This document shows, one piece after another, positions 50,450 to 63,521 of a stretch of DNA of 64,000 bases. The notes under the pieces are model-generated. The model did no database searches. It was not told where the DNA came from and saw only the letters and a list, made by a program, of their open reading frames with translations. The DNA comes from Paragordius varius (taxonomy: Eukaryota > Animalia > Nematomorpha), in contig OZ176056.1 in the NCBI GenBank assembly GCA_964247055.1, positions 3,038,001 through 3,102,000 of the forward strand, given 5' to 3'. How positions within the stretch are numbered: position 1 is the stretch's first letter; the number at the start of each line of letters is the position of its first letter. The translations under genes were made by a program, and so were the position numbers.

Positions 50450-52296
50450 TTATTCTTTGGTATATTTTCTGTTTGAGTGAATGCGTTTTAGCAGATTGTC
50501 ATCTTTTAAAATATTGTAGAAGTCTTCGCAAGAATTTGTCAAATTATATTTGACAGATAAAACGGCCTTTAAAGTTTCAACATTTAAATTAGATTTTTCC
50601 GGTGTCCACACCTGATTTACTGTGGAAAAAACGCGCTCAGTAGCGGCGTTGGTTCCAGGTAAAGATAGTGCGAATTCAACAATTTTTAAAATATTATTGT
50701 ATATAATATAGTTGGCTTCAAAATGATGAAATATGTCCAACCATTTCTTTTCTACTGTATATTTTTCTTTTGTCCATAATTTAAGTTTTTCATTATTAAT
50801 ATCTTTTAACTAATGATACTTCAGAAAAAAGATCATTTTCTGAAAAATTACTTTTTGAGAAATTTTGGGAGCAGATATAATCGAAGGATTTTGAACATCG
50901 CACCAATTAAATTCTGATTTTAATGTTATCCAAAAATGATCAATTTCATTGAATTTCATCGCCCAGTCTTCCAAATAATCTTTACAATTTGTATAAATTT
51001 TTATATGGTACAGGATATCTTGGCGATTTATTAAGCCTTGTTTTCTAAATTATTTATTATATTGCGGATGGTTAATGGTATAAAATTATTTTCTAACCGT
51101 CCTTTACATTGGAATTTTAGGTTACTAACTTCATTGGCTCTTTCGATTGCCGAAATTTTGTCACCTTCTATAAATTTTATAACTTTTTGAAAGAGAGAAG
51201 CTTAATTATGTAGGAATTCTAACCATATTTTTGAAGAATCACTTTAAAAAACTTTTTTAAAGTTGTAGGACATTTGTCCTGTGATAAAAAAAAGATTTTA
51301 AATACATTTTTAAAATTCTTTCAATAGCTGGCATAAAAGCTAACCAACGAGTTTTACAATATCCAATCATTTTTTGATATTGAACTTCTGCATTTTCACA
51401 AAATTTTTTAAGCGTTTCAACACGTACCGTGTACATATAAAAATAGGAATATATTTTAACAACTACATTTTCCACATCTATGGGGTAGCAAATCAGCAGT
51501 TGTTTGAATAGCGTTGTGTATTATATGCGCTGCACACTCAACGCCAATAATGTTTTGATAAAAAATTATCTGCTAATTTATGAATATTATTCGTTCCCCT
51601 CCTTGCTTTTCCACCGAAGTTCGTATTGGTGTTGTCAGCGCAATATGCGATAATTTTGTCTTTTAATTTATTTTTTTCTAGAATATGCATTATTGAAGTA
51701 AATATTATATTTTCACCGGGTAGAGAAATTAAATCTAAAATTTTAATTTTTACTCCGGTTTCTGAATAAAAATATCTTATTAAAGTGGGAAGTAATTTTG
51801 TTTCATGGTGATTTGATGCATCAGAGTATAGGGATAGGAAATTAATTTTCAGCAAATCTTTTTGTATTTCAGAAAATGCACGTGGCGATAGGACATTGCA
51901 CACAATGGCTTCAGCCTTTGTACGGGCACATGTAAATTTTTTATGGAATAACGTGCGAATAACCTGTGAGGTACAGTCCATAGAACTAAAGGAATGATTG
52001 TGATTAACGGCGTGAAAAGATAACACGCCCTCATCTAGTGCCAAATTATTTTATTCCTCTCCAAAAGCGGTTTTTCGAAAAAAATTGCTCATTTTGTAAG
52101 ATGATGCCGCCATATCTAAACATTTTATCATGTTTCTGTGTTTCCATATGCTTTGTAATATCATGCTTGCCGCCATGTGCTAGAGTGAATTCCCCCTCGC
52201 ATATAAGACATTTAACAGTTGATTATCTTCGTTTTTTTGATAAAAGGAAAATCTTTCATTAATTCATCTTGAATTTATAACCTCTTTTGTGCTCAT
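50450..52296 (-). pseudogene. hAT-family transposase pseudogene
   Basis: Frameshifted pieces: N-terminal EFTLAHGGKHDITKHMETQKH; SFHAVNHNHSFSSMDCTS, LYSDASNH, AYCADNTNTNFGG (51538..52044); YCKTRWLAFMPAIERIL (51257..51475); C-terminal dimerisation motif ALSLPGTNAATERVFS (50450..50740). Confidence 0.9.
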
Positions 52297-53279
52297 ATTT
52301 ATAAACTACTATTAGTATAATAAATATTATATTACCTTAATTTTCTGAAATAAACGTGTATACCGATTTGTGGTATAAATCTCTCTTTTTAATAATGTTG
52401 GCAAGTAATAAAACTACTATATTAGTATTAAAAATAATATATTACATTAATTTTCTGGAATAAAAGTGTAAGGTACCGATTTGTGATTCAATTTGTCTTT
52501 TAATCTAGAGATTTGTGGTATTAACTTGGCTTTTTGATAATTATGACAATAGTAGTAGGAAGGAAAGTGTATAAACATTAATATAGATTCGAAAAAAATA
52601 AATAATAATTTAAAAATAAAAACTAATTTAAAATTTATATAGATATTAAAGATATTTAATGATAAAAAATTTAAACGGATAAAAAAAATTTATTTGTATT
52701 AAAAAAATTTTTTTTATATAACACTAGTCGACAAATTTGGACATTTTTGAGCACCACCACTCGAACTTTTAAATTATGACTAATTTCAGATTTTAAAACC
52801 GATGAAAAAATTTTTGATCCCGCCAATCAGAATTTTGAAATATTATAGGTTTTTCAATTTTTAAAAAACAAGAGAAAATCGAGAGAAAATTAAATATAAC
52901 TATATAATATAATGTTATTATATTATAAACTTAATATCATTTAATAAAGCGTTTTAAACTCTATCTTTTGAATATAAATATGTCATTTAAATATCAGAGA
53001 GAAAAAAATAGTACGGACTTAAACGTCAAAATTTAGTCCTTTTCTTTCAAGTGAATTTTTAATACGTATAAAAATTTTTTAAAAAAATACTAAAAAAGGC
53101 ATTCTATGGTTTAAACCTTCGGCTTTTAGATAGGCTATATTTATTTTGTTAGTTTTCGTCCTTTCGAGTACTTATTAGGCTTTTTTTCTTGAGTTCGTTC
53201 TTACAAAAAATCCTTTATTTATACCTAGTGGATATACTTTATTTTTTGAAATTATTGGTTGTTTTGTATTTTTAATATC

Positions 53280-53720
53280 AGATGGATGTTGTGTAGCCAC
53301 TTTTAGTAGAATTTACTATTATGGGATTGGACCATTTGTATTTACCTAATCTTTTTATTCAATTTAATTGTAGAATTTATCTAACTTTATTCTGTGAATT
53401 GGTTAATTTGACATGTCAATTTGCCTGTTTGCTTGCAAGTCTCTCTTATCGGGCTTTACGATTACTTATTGTCATCTTTGCCATATCTGGCATAATTGGA
53501 TCGCTTGGGGGATATGCAGAGCTTGTGCAGCCGCCCGGATCTATCACACTATACATAAGCCCCTTTTAGATTTTTAATACTTTGGATCTTAGCTTGTTTA
53601 GTATCTTATTTAATACCTAGAATTTTGTTATTCATCCATGGAATATTACTTGTATCGACTTGTTCGTTTGAATATTTAAACATATATACACGAGGAATGA
53701 TTGTTATTTTTAAATTAATT
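53280..53720 (-). mobile_element. Possible LINE (CR1/L2-type) ORF2 remnant nested in the hAT 5' region
   Basis: The broken minus-strand frame IPWMNNKILGIK...RSGRLHK...NYARY...KQTGKL resembles the PW-containing linker between endonuclease and RT. Resemblance is by eye only. Confidence 0.35.
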
Positions 53721-55539
53721 ACAAATTTAAAAATTAAATTCGGAAAAATCCTATTGGTGGCCTCAATTTTCTTTTTTGTTTTGGCCTTTCCATGCCAATA
53801 GGTATCAGAAAATGCAAAAATAATGAGGTGGTGCAAAACCTTGTTGAGCAGTGTAATCGTGAAAAAGCGGGACATTTTAAAAACGTAGCGGGACGCGGGA
53901 CAAAGTGTGAAAGCGGGACTGTCCCGCCAAAAGCGGGACGTCTGGTCACCTTAATCATCTAGAGTTTAAAAGCAAAACAATATTTATATAAAGTTTATAG
54001 ATCTAGGCCCCGAAAGTTTTGTTGGCCACCTTATAATAAAATGTATTTGTTTAAGAATTTAATTTTCATCGTGATTGTGATAAGGCCTACCTTATGGTAG
54101 CATCGTGGAAACGGTATATAAACGCTTTATTAAAAACACTTTTCTATATTATCCGAATAGCATCTAAATACTGGTAAACCCAAAGGTATGATCTAATTTC
54201 TAAAATATCTAGTTTCAATTGATAAGTTATATTTTCAGCATTGGATGCATTTATATATATTACACAGTGTGCAAAATTGGGGGTATTTTTTTTCTCAGGA
54301 TATCATATTAAGCTTAATATGACCGTTGTGACATAGACATCCTAAAAATATAAGGATAAAAAAATTGTCAATGTAGAAAACTTTTTTTTTATTTTTTCCA
54401 TATATGGATATATTCGGAAAAAATCAATTTATTTGCATAATACTTGATCAAAAATTATAAAACTTATATATAATTAAATAATATTAAATAAATATTATTT
54501 GCAAATTTTGGCTTAATATGATAGATCTAAAATAAACGTCAATTTTATTAAATCCAACTAAATTTAGCCCTTTATATTAGTAACATAAAAAATACTTGAT
54601 GAAAATCAATATAATATGCGCCAAAATTTAAGTTTAACTTTATATGTTAATATAAATATTACTTATATATAATAAAAATTAGATTTTAACTAAGTTAAAA
54701 AATTTTGAAATTTTTTATTTTACTAAAATAAAATTAAATTTTTTTAATATCAACTGTAATATAATTATGTCTAGTGATTATATATATAACCATATGAATT
54801 TTTTTACCTGGATTTTTGAATTGTAGATGATATTGACTGTTGTTTTACCCTGATATGATGGTATATTTTATAATAATTATAGATAAATATTGTGGAATTT
54901 AGATTACCAAGATAACATTGAAAAACCAATGTAATCCATTGTGAAAATCATATTTAAAAGACAAACTTGCTAATCACAAGCAAACATCCACCAGAAATTA
55001 TATTTTGATACATTATGTTCATTGTGTAATAAATCTAATGCATATAATATATTTAATTTTCTTAATCTAAAATTGTTTACTTGTTTTTGGACTAATGTGG
55101 GCAAGGTCGCCAAAAATAAAACTCCAAAGATTTCTATTTTTATTAATGTTGAGTTCTGCCAAAGAATTGGTTTCTCTTAGATTAATTCTAATGTAAATAA
55201 AACTCCTCCATAGATTGCTATTTTTTGTTATGTTGAGTTATGCCAGTATTCAGGCACACAATTATTTTAGGTTCATTCTTCAAATTAGAAATGTAAAATT
55301 TAAAATCTTCAGAATACGGCCAGTTTTTTCTTGAATTTTTTTAAAAAACGGATGGCAAACGAAAGTGTTAACGAAGTGTACATCAGTTTTACCAAAACTT
55401 CGGCTCTAAAAGCTTATTTATGGCCCTGAATTATCAATTAAATTTTATGTTATACTTATTTTTAATATAAATGTCTGCAACTTTTTATAGTTTTAGTATG
55501 TTGCACGGTTCATGAGACAACTGCCAAATATTTATTAGT

Positions 55540-56433
55540 TTCTCTTAGATCATGCGCTTCTTAAGCCATCGCAAACAACCTATCCTACTTAGGATATATG
55601 AAATTCAACTCGTTGAAAAAGTTCTTTATATTGAGAAAGTCTTTTTTGCCAAAATACTATTTTTGCCTTTTTACGGAGAATACCTGGAATTATTATTGAT
55701 TCCATATGCTATTTTTGGAAAAATTACCTCAAAACCAAAAAATCATTCTATGGTGGCGCATTTTTTAGGGCGTGAAGGCCATAATTAACGGCTAATTTAA
55801 AAAATCCGCACGACCTAAATTCTTTCCTGGTTAGGGCAATTTTAAGCACCTATTGAACTCATATGGCCTGATAAATTTTCTAATATTAAGCCCCAAAAGC
55901 ACGCTATTTCGATATGACGGGTCAGTTTTTTCGCAGGTAGCTCCTTACGCAGCAGCTATCATCAAAGAAACGCACGACCAATTTGCCTTTTAACAGGGAA
56001 TACGTGGAATTTTATTAAATTTTTACGGTCTCATACCTTGGGCGAAAAATAGATTCAATAAATTATCTATGTGGACTTTATTTTTTTGAAAAAATGGCAT
56101 TTTACGGGGGGAGCGGGTAAAAAGAGGGCCTAAATTAAAAAAGCGAGCCGACCATGTTCGGCGCAATTGTAAATAAGTAAAAAAAATCATATTATAAATC
56201 GAATGGTCCAACACGTTTTCCGGAAAATTGTCTCAAAGACACGATTTTTGTGGACTTTTCAAAAAAAACCCGTTCACGGGCGGGCCCGAACTGGGGGCCT
56301 AATTTAAAAAAAGGGCGAAGCTATTGTCGGGACATTCATTAATGATTATGTTTTTTCGTATGGATAATGGGTCTACCGTTTTTCCGGAAACAGATTACAA
56401 AGCCAGCATTTTCCATTTTTATAAATAAATAGA
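55540..56433 (-). mobile_element. Non-autonomous Helitron, longer variant, 3' end not identified
   Basis: The minus-strand 5' end A|TCTATTTATTTATAAAAATGGAAAATGCTGG is at 56433. Homology to 17050-17850 and to the 36-37 kb units. Confidence 0.75.
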
Positions 56434-56479
56434 TATCAGAGGGATGTCCAACACGCTCTTTTAGCAAAAGTTATATAAA

Positions 56480-58140
56480 GAATATTAAAAAAAATAAAAA
56501 AATGAATTTTCAATCAAAAATTTACGATTCAGAAAATTTAGGATTTCAAATTGGCCTTAAAATAAATGAAAGAAACCAAAAATTATCAAAGCTGCAAAAA
56601 TTTTTGTCTTGGACACCCCTGATACATACAATGGAGCATGTGATGACCCCTTTTTTAATAGTTAAAAATATGAATTTTTTATTTTGAAATTAAATTAATA
56701 TTGAATTTTAGTTAATATTACATATAATATTTGAAATAAAATTATAAGAAACGTTAATAATTAATATTTTGATTATTTTTGGCTCATGATAAGGTTTCAT
56801 ATCAAAATTAGAGCTTTATTTTAACATCGGAAAAATGCTGATCAGCACAGGCTAATTAGTTAGGTTCTGTTTACATACCTTAGAGCAGTAGTGGCCAACA
56901 CAAATGGCTTTGCGGGCCGCATTTGCAAAATATATCGACATTTATTTTATTAAATTTTTACCACTGGACTGTAAAAACTACCATTATTTTACAATTTTCG
57001 CTAGTTTTTTGCTTAAACTCGGGATGATTATTTATGTTTAAGAACTTAGTTTAAAAATTTTGTATTTGAAATATTTCGGAGGATTGCGTTGTTGACACGA
57101 TAAATTTATATTTTCGGGTTGATGATTAAATTAAGGCAACTCTAAATAAATGGTAAATATTATATATCTGAAGAAGTAGGAAAGAATATGATCACTAAAA
57201 CGTCATATATTATATGGTAAATCAAGCAAACATTTGACAATTTACTATAATTGCATATGGTAGAAATGGAGGATTAAAGGCTTAATTTATTATTGATGTG
57301 CTTTTTGGTTAAAATGCTATCAGCAATGACGATATGCAAAAAAAATATATTTAAATATTCAGGCTATTTTAAGAGTTTCCAGGCTAAAGGCTTCAAAACC
57401 GTTCGATTTAATTTTATTAAAGTTAGAAAAAGTGATTATAAAAAATTTAAATGGATATAGTCTGTTTGAAAAGCTGTTTTTCAAAAAATGTCTACTCAGT
57501 ATATATATACCATTTTTAATTCACATCCACCCTTGAACAATTCATATTAAACCCTGGTGATGTCGCCATAATTTTTAAATCATCACCCCAAATGAAATAA
57601 ATATTGTGTTTTAAATATCGAAAAATCACCCGTTATTTTTCATGTCTACAAAAAATTAAATTTCGTTGACAATTAACCTTATCCACAATCAATAATATAC
57701 TATGTCATAAAAAATTATTCTATAAAAATGATGAGTTAATTTAGTCCAAAAACAATGATTTATTTTTAAATTTTAAATGTTCAGGGGTGAATTAGGATTG
57801 TTCAAGGGTGAGTTTTAGGTATGAATGGTAAATGTATATGGCATTTAATATTGGAGCAAAATTTAAAAAAAATAAGAAGATCTTGCTGAATTAGATGTTA
57901 AAAGGCTTTATATGCTTTGTAATTATAATATCCCCATGACCAATAAAATAAAATAGGACAATATGCCTTCCGAATTGCCTCGAACGTAATATTATATTTT
58001 AATATATATACAGCATATAGGATTTTAGCGTGATTATTATATTGACTTTCTTCTAAGGTATCAGATCATTTTAAAACGACAATACCTACTCATTTTTCAT
58101 TAACTATTTATTTCCAAAATTTAATATTTTAGCTGTATTG
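56480..58140 (+). repeat. Large composite repeat, copy 2 (lacks the two piggyBac-like MITEs)
   Basis: Colinear with 44590-47380. Contains a degenerate Charlie-like MITE and the TA-flanked MITE at 57510-57828. Confidence 0.85.
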
Positions 58141-58515
58141 AGGCAACTCTAAATAAATGGTATATAAGAAGTAAGAAAGATATAGTCACTAAAACATCAT
58201 ATATTATATGGTAAATCAAGCAAACATTTGACAATTTTATAATTGCATATGGTAGAAATTGAGGATTAAAGGCTTTATTTATTATAGATGTGCTTTTTGG
58301 TTAAAATGCGTTCAGCAATGACGATATGCAAATAATATATTTAAATATTCAGGCTATTTTAAGAGTTTCCAGGCTAAAGGCTTCTAAACCGTTCGATTTA
58401 ATTTTATTAAAGTTAGAAAAATGATCATAAAAATTTTTAATTGGATTTAGTTTGTTTTAAAAGTTGCTTGTTATCCATCCCAACTGCATAGTATCCATGA
58501 ACAAAAATGTACACT
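58141..58515 (+). repeat. Local duplication of 57134-57510
   Basis: AGGCAACTCTAAATAAATGGTA ... TTCAGGCTATTTTAAGAGTTTCCAGGCTAAAGGCTTC ... is repeated about 1 kb downstream. Confidence 0.85.
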
Positions 58516-59388
58516 CATTATATATAGTAAATAGGTGTGGACATCGGAAAAATTAATGAAACTTTTAAGGCCATTTTATCTATCAAATATAATTTGACGA
58601 ATTCTTGTGAAGACTTCCACAATATTTTAAAAAATAATGACAATTTGCTAAAACGCATTCACTCAAATAAAAAATATACCAAATAAAATATTTTTTTATA
58701 TTTATAATGTACTAGCGTAAATCTCGTGCTGCTACGCAGCCCGAGGAAGTCTATCAGACTTCTGGGGGGGGGGGGTATGTGGATTATTTCGAAACATTAA
58801 TTAATAACTATGATCTCATAGGAATTTTAAAACGGTGCAGTACTAATATATTGTTTACTTGTGGGAAAAAGAGATTTAAAAAATTATTTTTGTGGACTTT
58901 GTTATTTTGAAAAAAATGGCATTTTACGGGGGAAGCGGGTAAAAAGAGGGCCTAAATTAAAAAAGCGAGTTGACTATGTTCGGCGCAATCGAAAATAAGT
59001 AAACAAAAATCATATTTGAAATTGAATTGTCCAACACGTTCTCCGGAAAATTGTCTCAAAGACACGATTTTTGTGGACTTCTGTTTTTAAAAATAACCGT
59101 TTTTTACACGGGGTGGGCCCGAACTTGGGGCCCAATTCAAAAAAGCTATTGTCGGGGCATTTATTAATGATTATATTTTTTCGACATTTGGATTTGAATG
59201 GGTCTACCGGTTTTCCGGAAACAGATCACAAAGCCAGCATTTTCCATTTTTATATATTGATTTGTGTTAAAAATAAATAAATATTACAATAATTTTTTGT
59301 ATAAAAATTTTTTGTTGTACCCCCCCATGCCCTCCTCCCTTTTCTCAGATTTGTCCCGCTTTTTCCTTCAAAAAGTCTGGTCACCTTA
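58516..59388 (+). mobile_element. 5'-truncated hAT 3' end (transposase C-terminus plus TIR), interrupted by a Helitron
   Basis: KAILSIKYNLTNSCEDFHNILKNNDNLLKRIHSNKKYTK* followed by 3' sequence ending GTCTGGTCACCTTA (59388). It matches the reverse complement of 48346-48480. Confidence 0.85.
58712..59260 (-). mobile_element. Complete mini-Helitron (549 bp)
   Basis: Minus strand A|TCAATATATAAAAATGG ... hairpin CTCGGGCTGCGTAGCAGCACGAG-ATTTACG-CTAG|T. It is inserted at an A|T dinucleotide with no TSD. The empty site ACACAAA|TACATTA is seen near 48457-48470. Confidence 0.9.
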
Positions 59389-59903
59389 AGCATGAAGCTT
59401 ATATCATACTATTTTGAGGCATGTTAGAAACGGTTTAAAAACGCCTTAAGATATTATAGAAAAATTTAGATAATGCTGAACATTTTTATCACTTTAATTT
59501 AAAGATTTATTTGCTTTGAAATTTTGGTTAATTAATACACAATTTATTTTATATTAACATAAGAAAGACGAACTATTATTTTTATCAAAATTATGAGGTG
59601 ATAAAAATTTCTGCATTATCTAAATATGAAGTGTTTTCGTTTCCACCATGCCTAAAAATGAAATCCAGTATGATTCAACAAAATTTTGTTTCTAAAATAT
59701 TATCTTTTAAAAAAATATTTTTGGCTGATAACAAAATTGAAGACATATTCAAAGTATTGCGCAATCAGCCCATTAGAGCGAAAAATTAAGACTTTCAGAC
59801 CATACATCTAAAAATTAAAAGTTTTTTAAATTGTTTTGCTTTTATATATTTGTTTATGATATTTTTAGTGATATTTTTTTAAATGAAGCATTTAGTAAAA
59901 TTA

Positions 59904-61006
59904 CACTGGACAACAAATTTTTCTGCCACTCGAGTTTATTGCATTTTTTGATATTTAGTATCATTCTAACAGTAAATCTAAAATAAAAATTATAACCCGA
60001 TGGAAGAATTTTGTATAATTTGATTTTTTTGATTATGCGCCCTCTTTATCAAAATTTTACTAAAAAATGTTTTTCCTTGAAAATATACTAGTAATGTCCA
60101 TTTGTAATATGCCACTCGAAAGTGTAATAAAAACTCTATAAAATTCATACTAATATGTATTGACAGTTAATATTGGACACAAAGAGCGACAAACGCGCGA
60201 AACGAGAGCACTTTTTTTAATTATTATATTTTTAAAACTAATGGATGAAAATAGCTCAAACTTTGTTTAGATGGTGATGAATGTCCAAAAAAGATAACAC
60301 AGGAAAGTTTAAAACATTTTTTATTGCTTTTATGTCACTCAAAACAGCCATTTTTAAGTTTTTTGTTTTTTAAAAATTACCATCTCATCAATATTAATTT
60401 ATTTTCTTTACGAGGCTGATAATTTCGAAATTTTAAAGATAAAACAAAGTTTAAGGTATTTTTGATCTTTTATAGCCATTGTGTAATAAGTTTACAGTTA
60501 TAACTATGCATTTTAGTATCCACTAGGTAAAATATTTATGATAATAATAATTTTTTTTTAAAAAAGCTAACCAAAAGCTTTTTCAAATATTTTTTTTAAA
60601 ATTAAAAACTAATATAACCCTAATAATTATATTAAAATAATTTATATGATTTTCAAATTAGTTTGTCTGTGAAAATTCTTGACTTATTTAAGGATTAAAA
60701 ATTTCGACCATTTAAATCCAAATAATTTTTACCTCCGATTGATTTAAATGACTTACTACCATTTAAAAGATGCATTTTTTGCGCTCTTTCGAATGATATA
60801 AAATACATGGCTTCATAAAACTTTTAATTTTCGAAATTTCGAGTTTAATGTTAAATCGGGGCCAAAAATTATCGATAAACTCCAATATAAAAAATTCTTG
60901 AATGCTAGACCAATTTTTTTTTCAGATATACTAATTATGTACTTTAATGAAATAAATTTTAAATTTACACGAATGGCAGTTAAAAGTTAAAATTTGTTGT
61001 CTAGTG
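59904..61006 (+). mobile_element. Chapaev3/CMC-like non-autonomous element (1103 bp)
   Basis: TTA|CACTGGACAACAAATTT ... AAATTTGTTGTCTAGTG|TTA. Reverse-complement homologue of 49273-50358. Confidence 0.87.
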
Positions 61007-63499
61007 TTATTTTTGACAATTTTGGGGAATTGTGAAATTTTCTAATATGGAGGGGTTACTACAAAAGTGATTAGTAAATCACTCTGAAAAGCCACACCAA
61101 AAGCACCATGATATACATTTTTCTATCAATTTTTGTTCAGGATATTTTCACCGCCCGATTTTTGCAGTGTATATCGAAAAAATATAGCCTTAAATATATT
61201 TATTATTATATTGCTATTCATATAAATATTTTTAAACATGCAAAAACTGAAAACAGGACATCATTAGAAATGTACATTTTACTTTAAAAAGATTGAATAT
61301 TTATTTATGTGCACTGTTGTAAAAAACGCCCTCAAAAAACTACACGGCTTCTAAGCAAATCGTTTAGTGCAGTATATTCACTTAGTAATTAAATATAACA
61401 AAAGCCATAGCGACGGATGACTGCAAACGGCTAGCCCTACCCTTAAAACAGCTCAAATTTGTTAAAATAGACGAAAATTATCTTATTAAAAAAAGGGTCA
61501 ATTCGAGTTTCGCGCTCTAACTAAAAAATATTATTTAATGTTTTTTAGGTATCAATATTTCGATCATTATAAATCCAAATAAGCATTTAAACTGAAAAAA
61601 TCGTTAAAGACCGCCCCATCTTAACCAACCTTTATTGCCAGAAGATAAATAAATACTTTTTTATATACAACTCTGGAAAATAACGATTACAACAAAAAGC
61701 TTGAAACTAATTTAATAAAATACAAAACATGATTATAGTCCCAATGTTAATTTAAATGCAGTTTAAGCGTTTATTAATAGCCTACCCGATCTCAATTTAA
61801 TAAGTACCGTAGTCAAAAAACTGTTTTCCTCTAATTCCTAAAATTTTAATAGGCCGTCTTAGTAATTATGTCCGTTTTTATTGCTGCGAAGATTTAACTT
61901 AGCTCTTTTGATTTATGGAGAGACGATTGTAATAAATAACCATCAAATTTGAAGTTGCTAACACAATGATATTAATTGAATTCATAAAAAAAGTGTAAAG
62001 ACAATTGGTATTGATACGTTGCTTTTAAATGTTTTTTGATATATATGGCACTCGAGTTGGGCGAGTTCGGGATAATCATAATCAAAATATTTACTTTTTA
62101 ATGCAATTATAATTGATCCATAAACTATTGTTTTTTAGTTTTCTTGACAGTTTTTTATTTTTCCAACAACGGCAGTTTGGGTACCGCTACTGCGCATGTT
62201 TCAAAAAAGTCTTTCTTTCATCATCCGCAAATATATATATTTATATTTATATATGTTAAAATTTATTTTTCAATAATTGAAAAAGGTAATAAATGTAATA
62301 CAACGTCAATCCATATAAACTATTTGTTTTTTTAGAAATTCGATTAATTTTATTGCTTTACACATAAAAACCTTCAATAGTTTATTAACTCAATGTAGAA
62401 TGTCTAATGCCAGCCTTTTTTTTTGTAAAACATCCTAACAAATCATACAAATTTGTTATTATGAACATTGAAAAATAATAATAAAACAGGCAGCTAAAAA
62501 TATTTGGTATAACTCACTGAACAAATAAACACTTATTTAACGAAAAACTGAAGTATTCTCAGTATCAGGGGTTACCTAAGGCGTAATTAAAATCTAATCA
62601 ATAAATAAAATAAATTACGTTAATATTAATTTTTAGAAAGATCACAAAATTGTACTATAATATCAATTATTTTATTTATTTATTTTTTTGTTAAATAGCC
62701 TACCTTATAAATAACTAATAAAAAGTAATTGATTTCTATTTTGTTATTTTTTGTAAACCATTATGAATTATATTTGGATATTATTGAGCTGCACTTTGCT
62801 ATATGATCAGTCATCTCCAGGTTTTATATTAATATTTCTATGTATTAATTTTGTCAAATTATCCATTTATTTGAATTTTAACCCGAATATATCATGTACA
62901 TATGTGAGATTTAAAATTTCTTTATAGATTGTAAATTTATATAGGATCGTTAATACTATTCCCGCCTCTCTTTCTATTTCGCGGTTTCTTGAATAAATTT
63001 TACAATATCTTTGAAATTCGATACCACTGTCCATGCTTTTTCCTAATATTCTAAAAGACAAGTTTAACATTTAATTGATATTAACTAAGGGACACTCAGA
63101 ATTTAATTTTCATTAACATTTTTATATACCTTATAATAATATTTAATTTATAAAACGCAATAATTATGCCATGTCATTGATTAAAATTTGTTTTTGAACC
63201 AAAAATGGTATATATTTAAGGTTTCATTATATTTTTAAACGCGGTATAATTGCATTGCTAATTGGTTAGACCCAACCTTATATGTTATAAAAACAGTACT
63301 TTTGGCATTTTGTATATCCGTCGAAATTTATTAAAGACTCTATTTTTTACAATTCCATCTTTTCTTAAACTAATTTAGTTAAATATAACTGTGCCCAAAA
63401 ACCTCATTGTGTTCATTTTTAATCATTAAACTGTTTAAGAGGTGTTTCTTAACCTTTTTTGTTCACGCCACATCGAATTGAAAATAAAAATTTTGCGCG

Positions 63500-63521
63500 C
63501 CCCCCCCCCCCCCCCCCCCCC
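63500..63521. repeat. Poly-C tract (22 nt)
   Basis: Homopolymer run after TTTTGCGCG. A similar GCGCCCCC motif occurs at ~63935, so this is probably part of a small GC-tipped MITE. Confidence 0.8.

Larger units (their letters stand above)
48346..53953 (-). mobile_element. hAT DNA transposon (TAAGGTGACCA termini, Blackjack-like), defective, with nested insertions
   Basis: Inverted termini TAAGGTGACCA lie at 48346 (+) and 53953 (-), with subterminal GCGGGAC repeats, and a transposase pseudogene lies inside. No matching 8-bp TSD is seen, so the two ends may not belong to one insertion. Confidence 0.7.
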
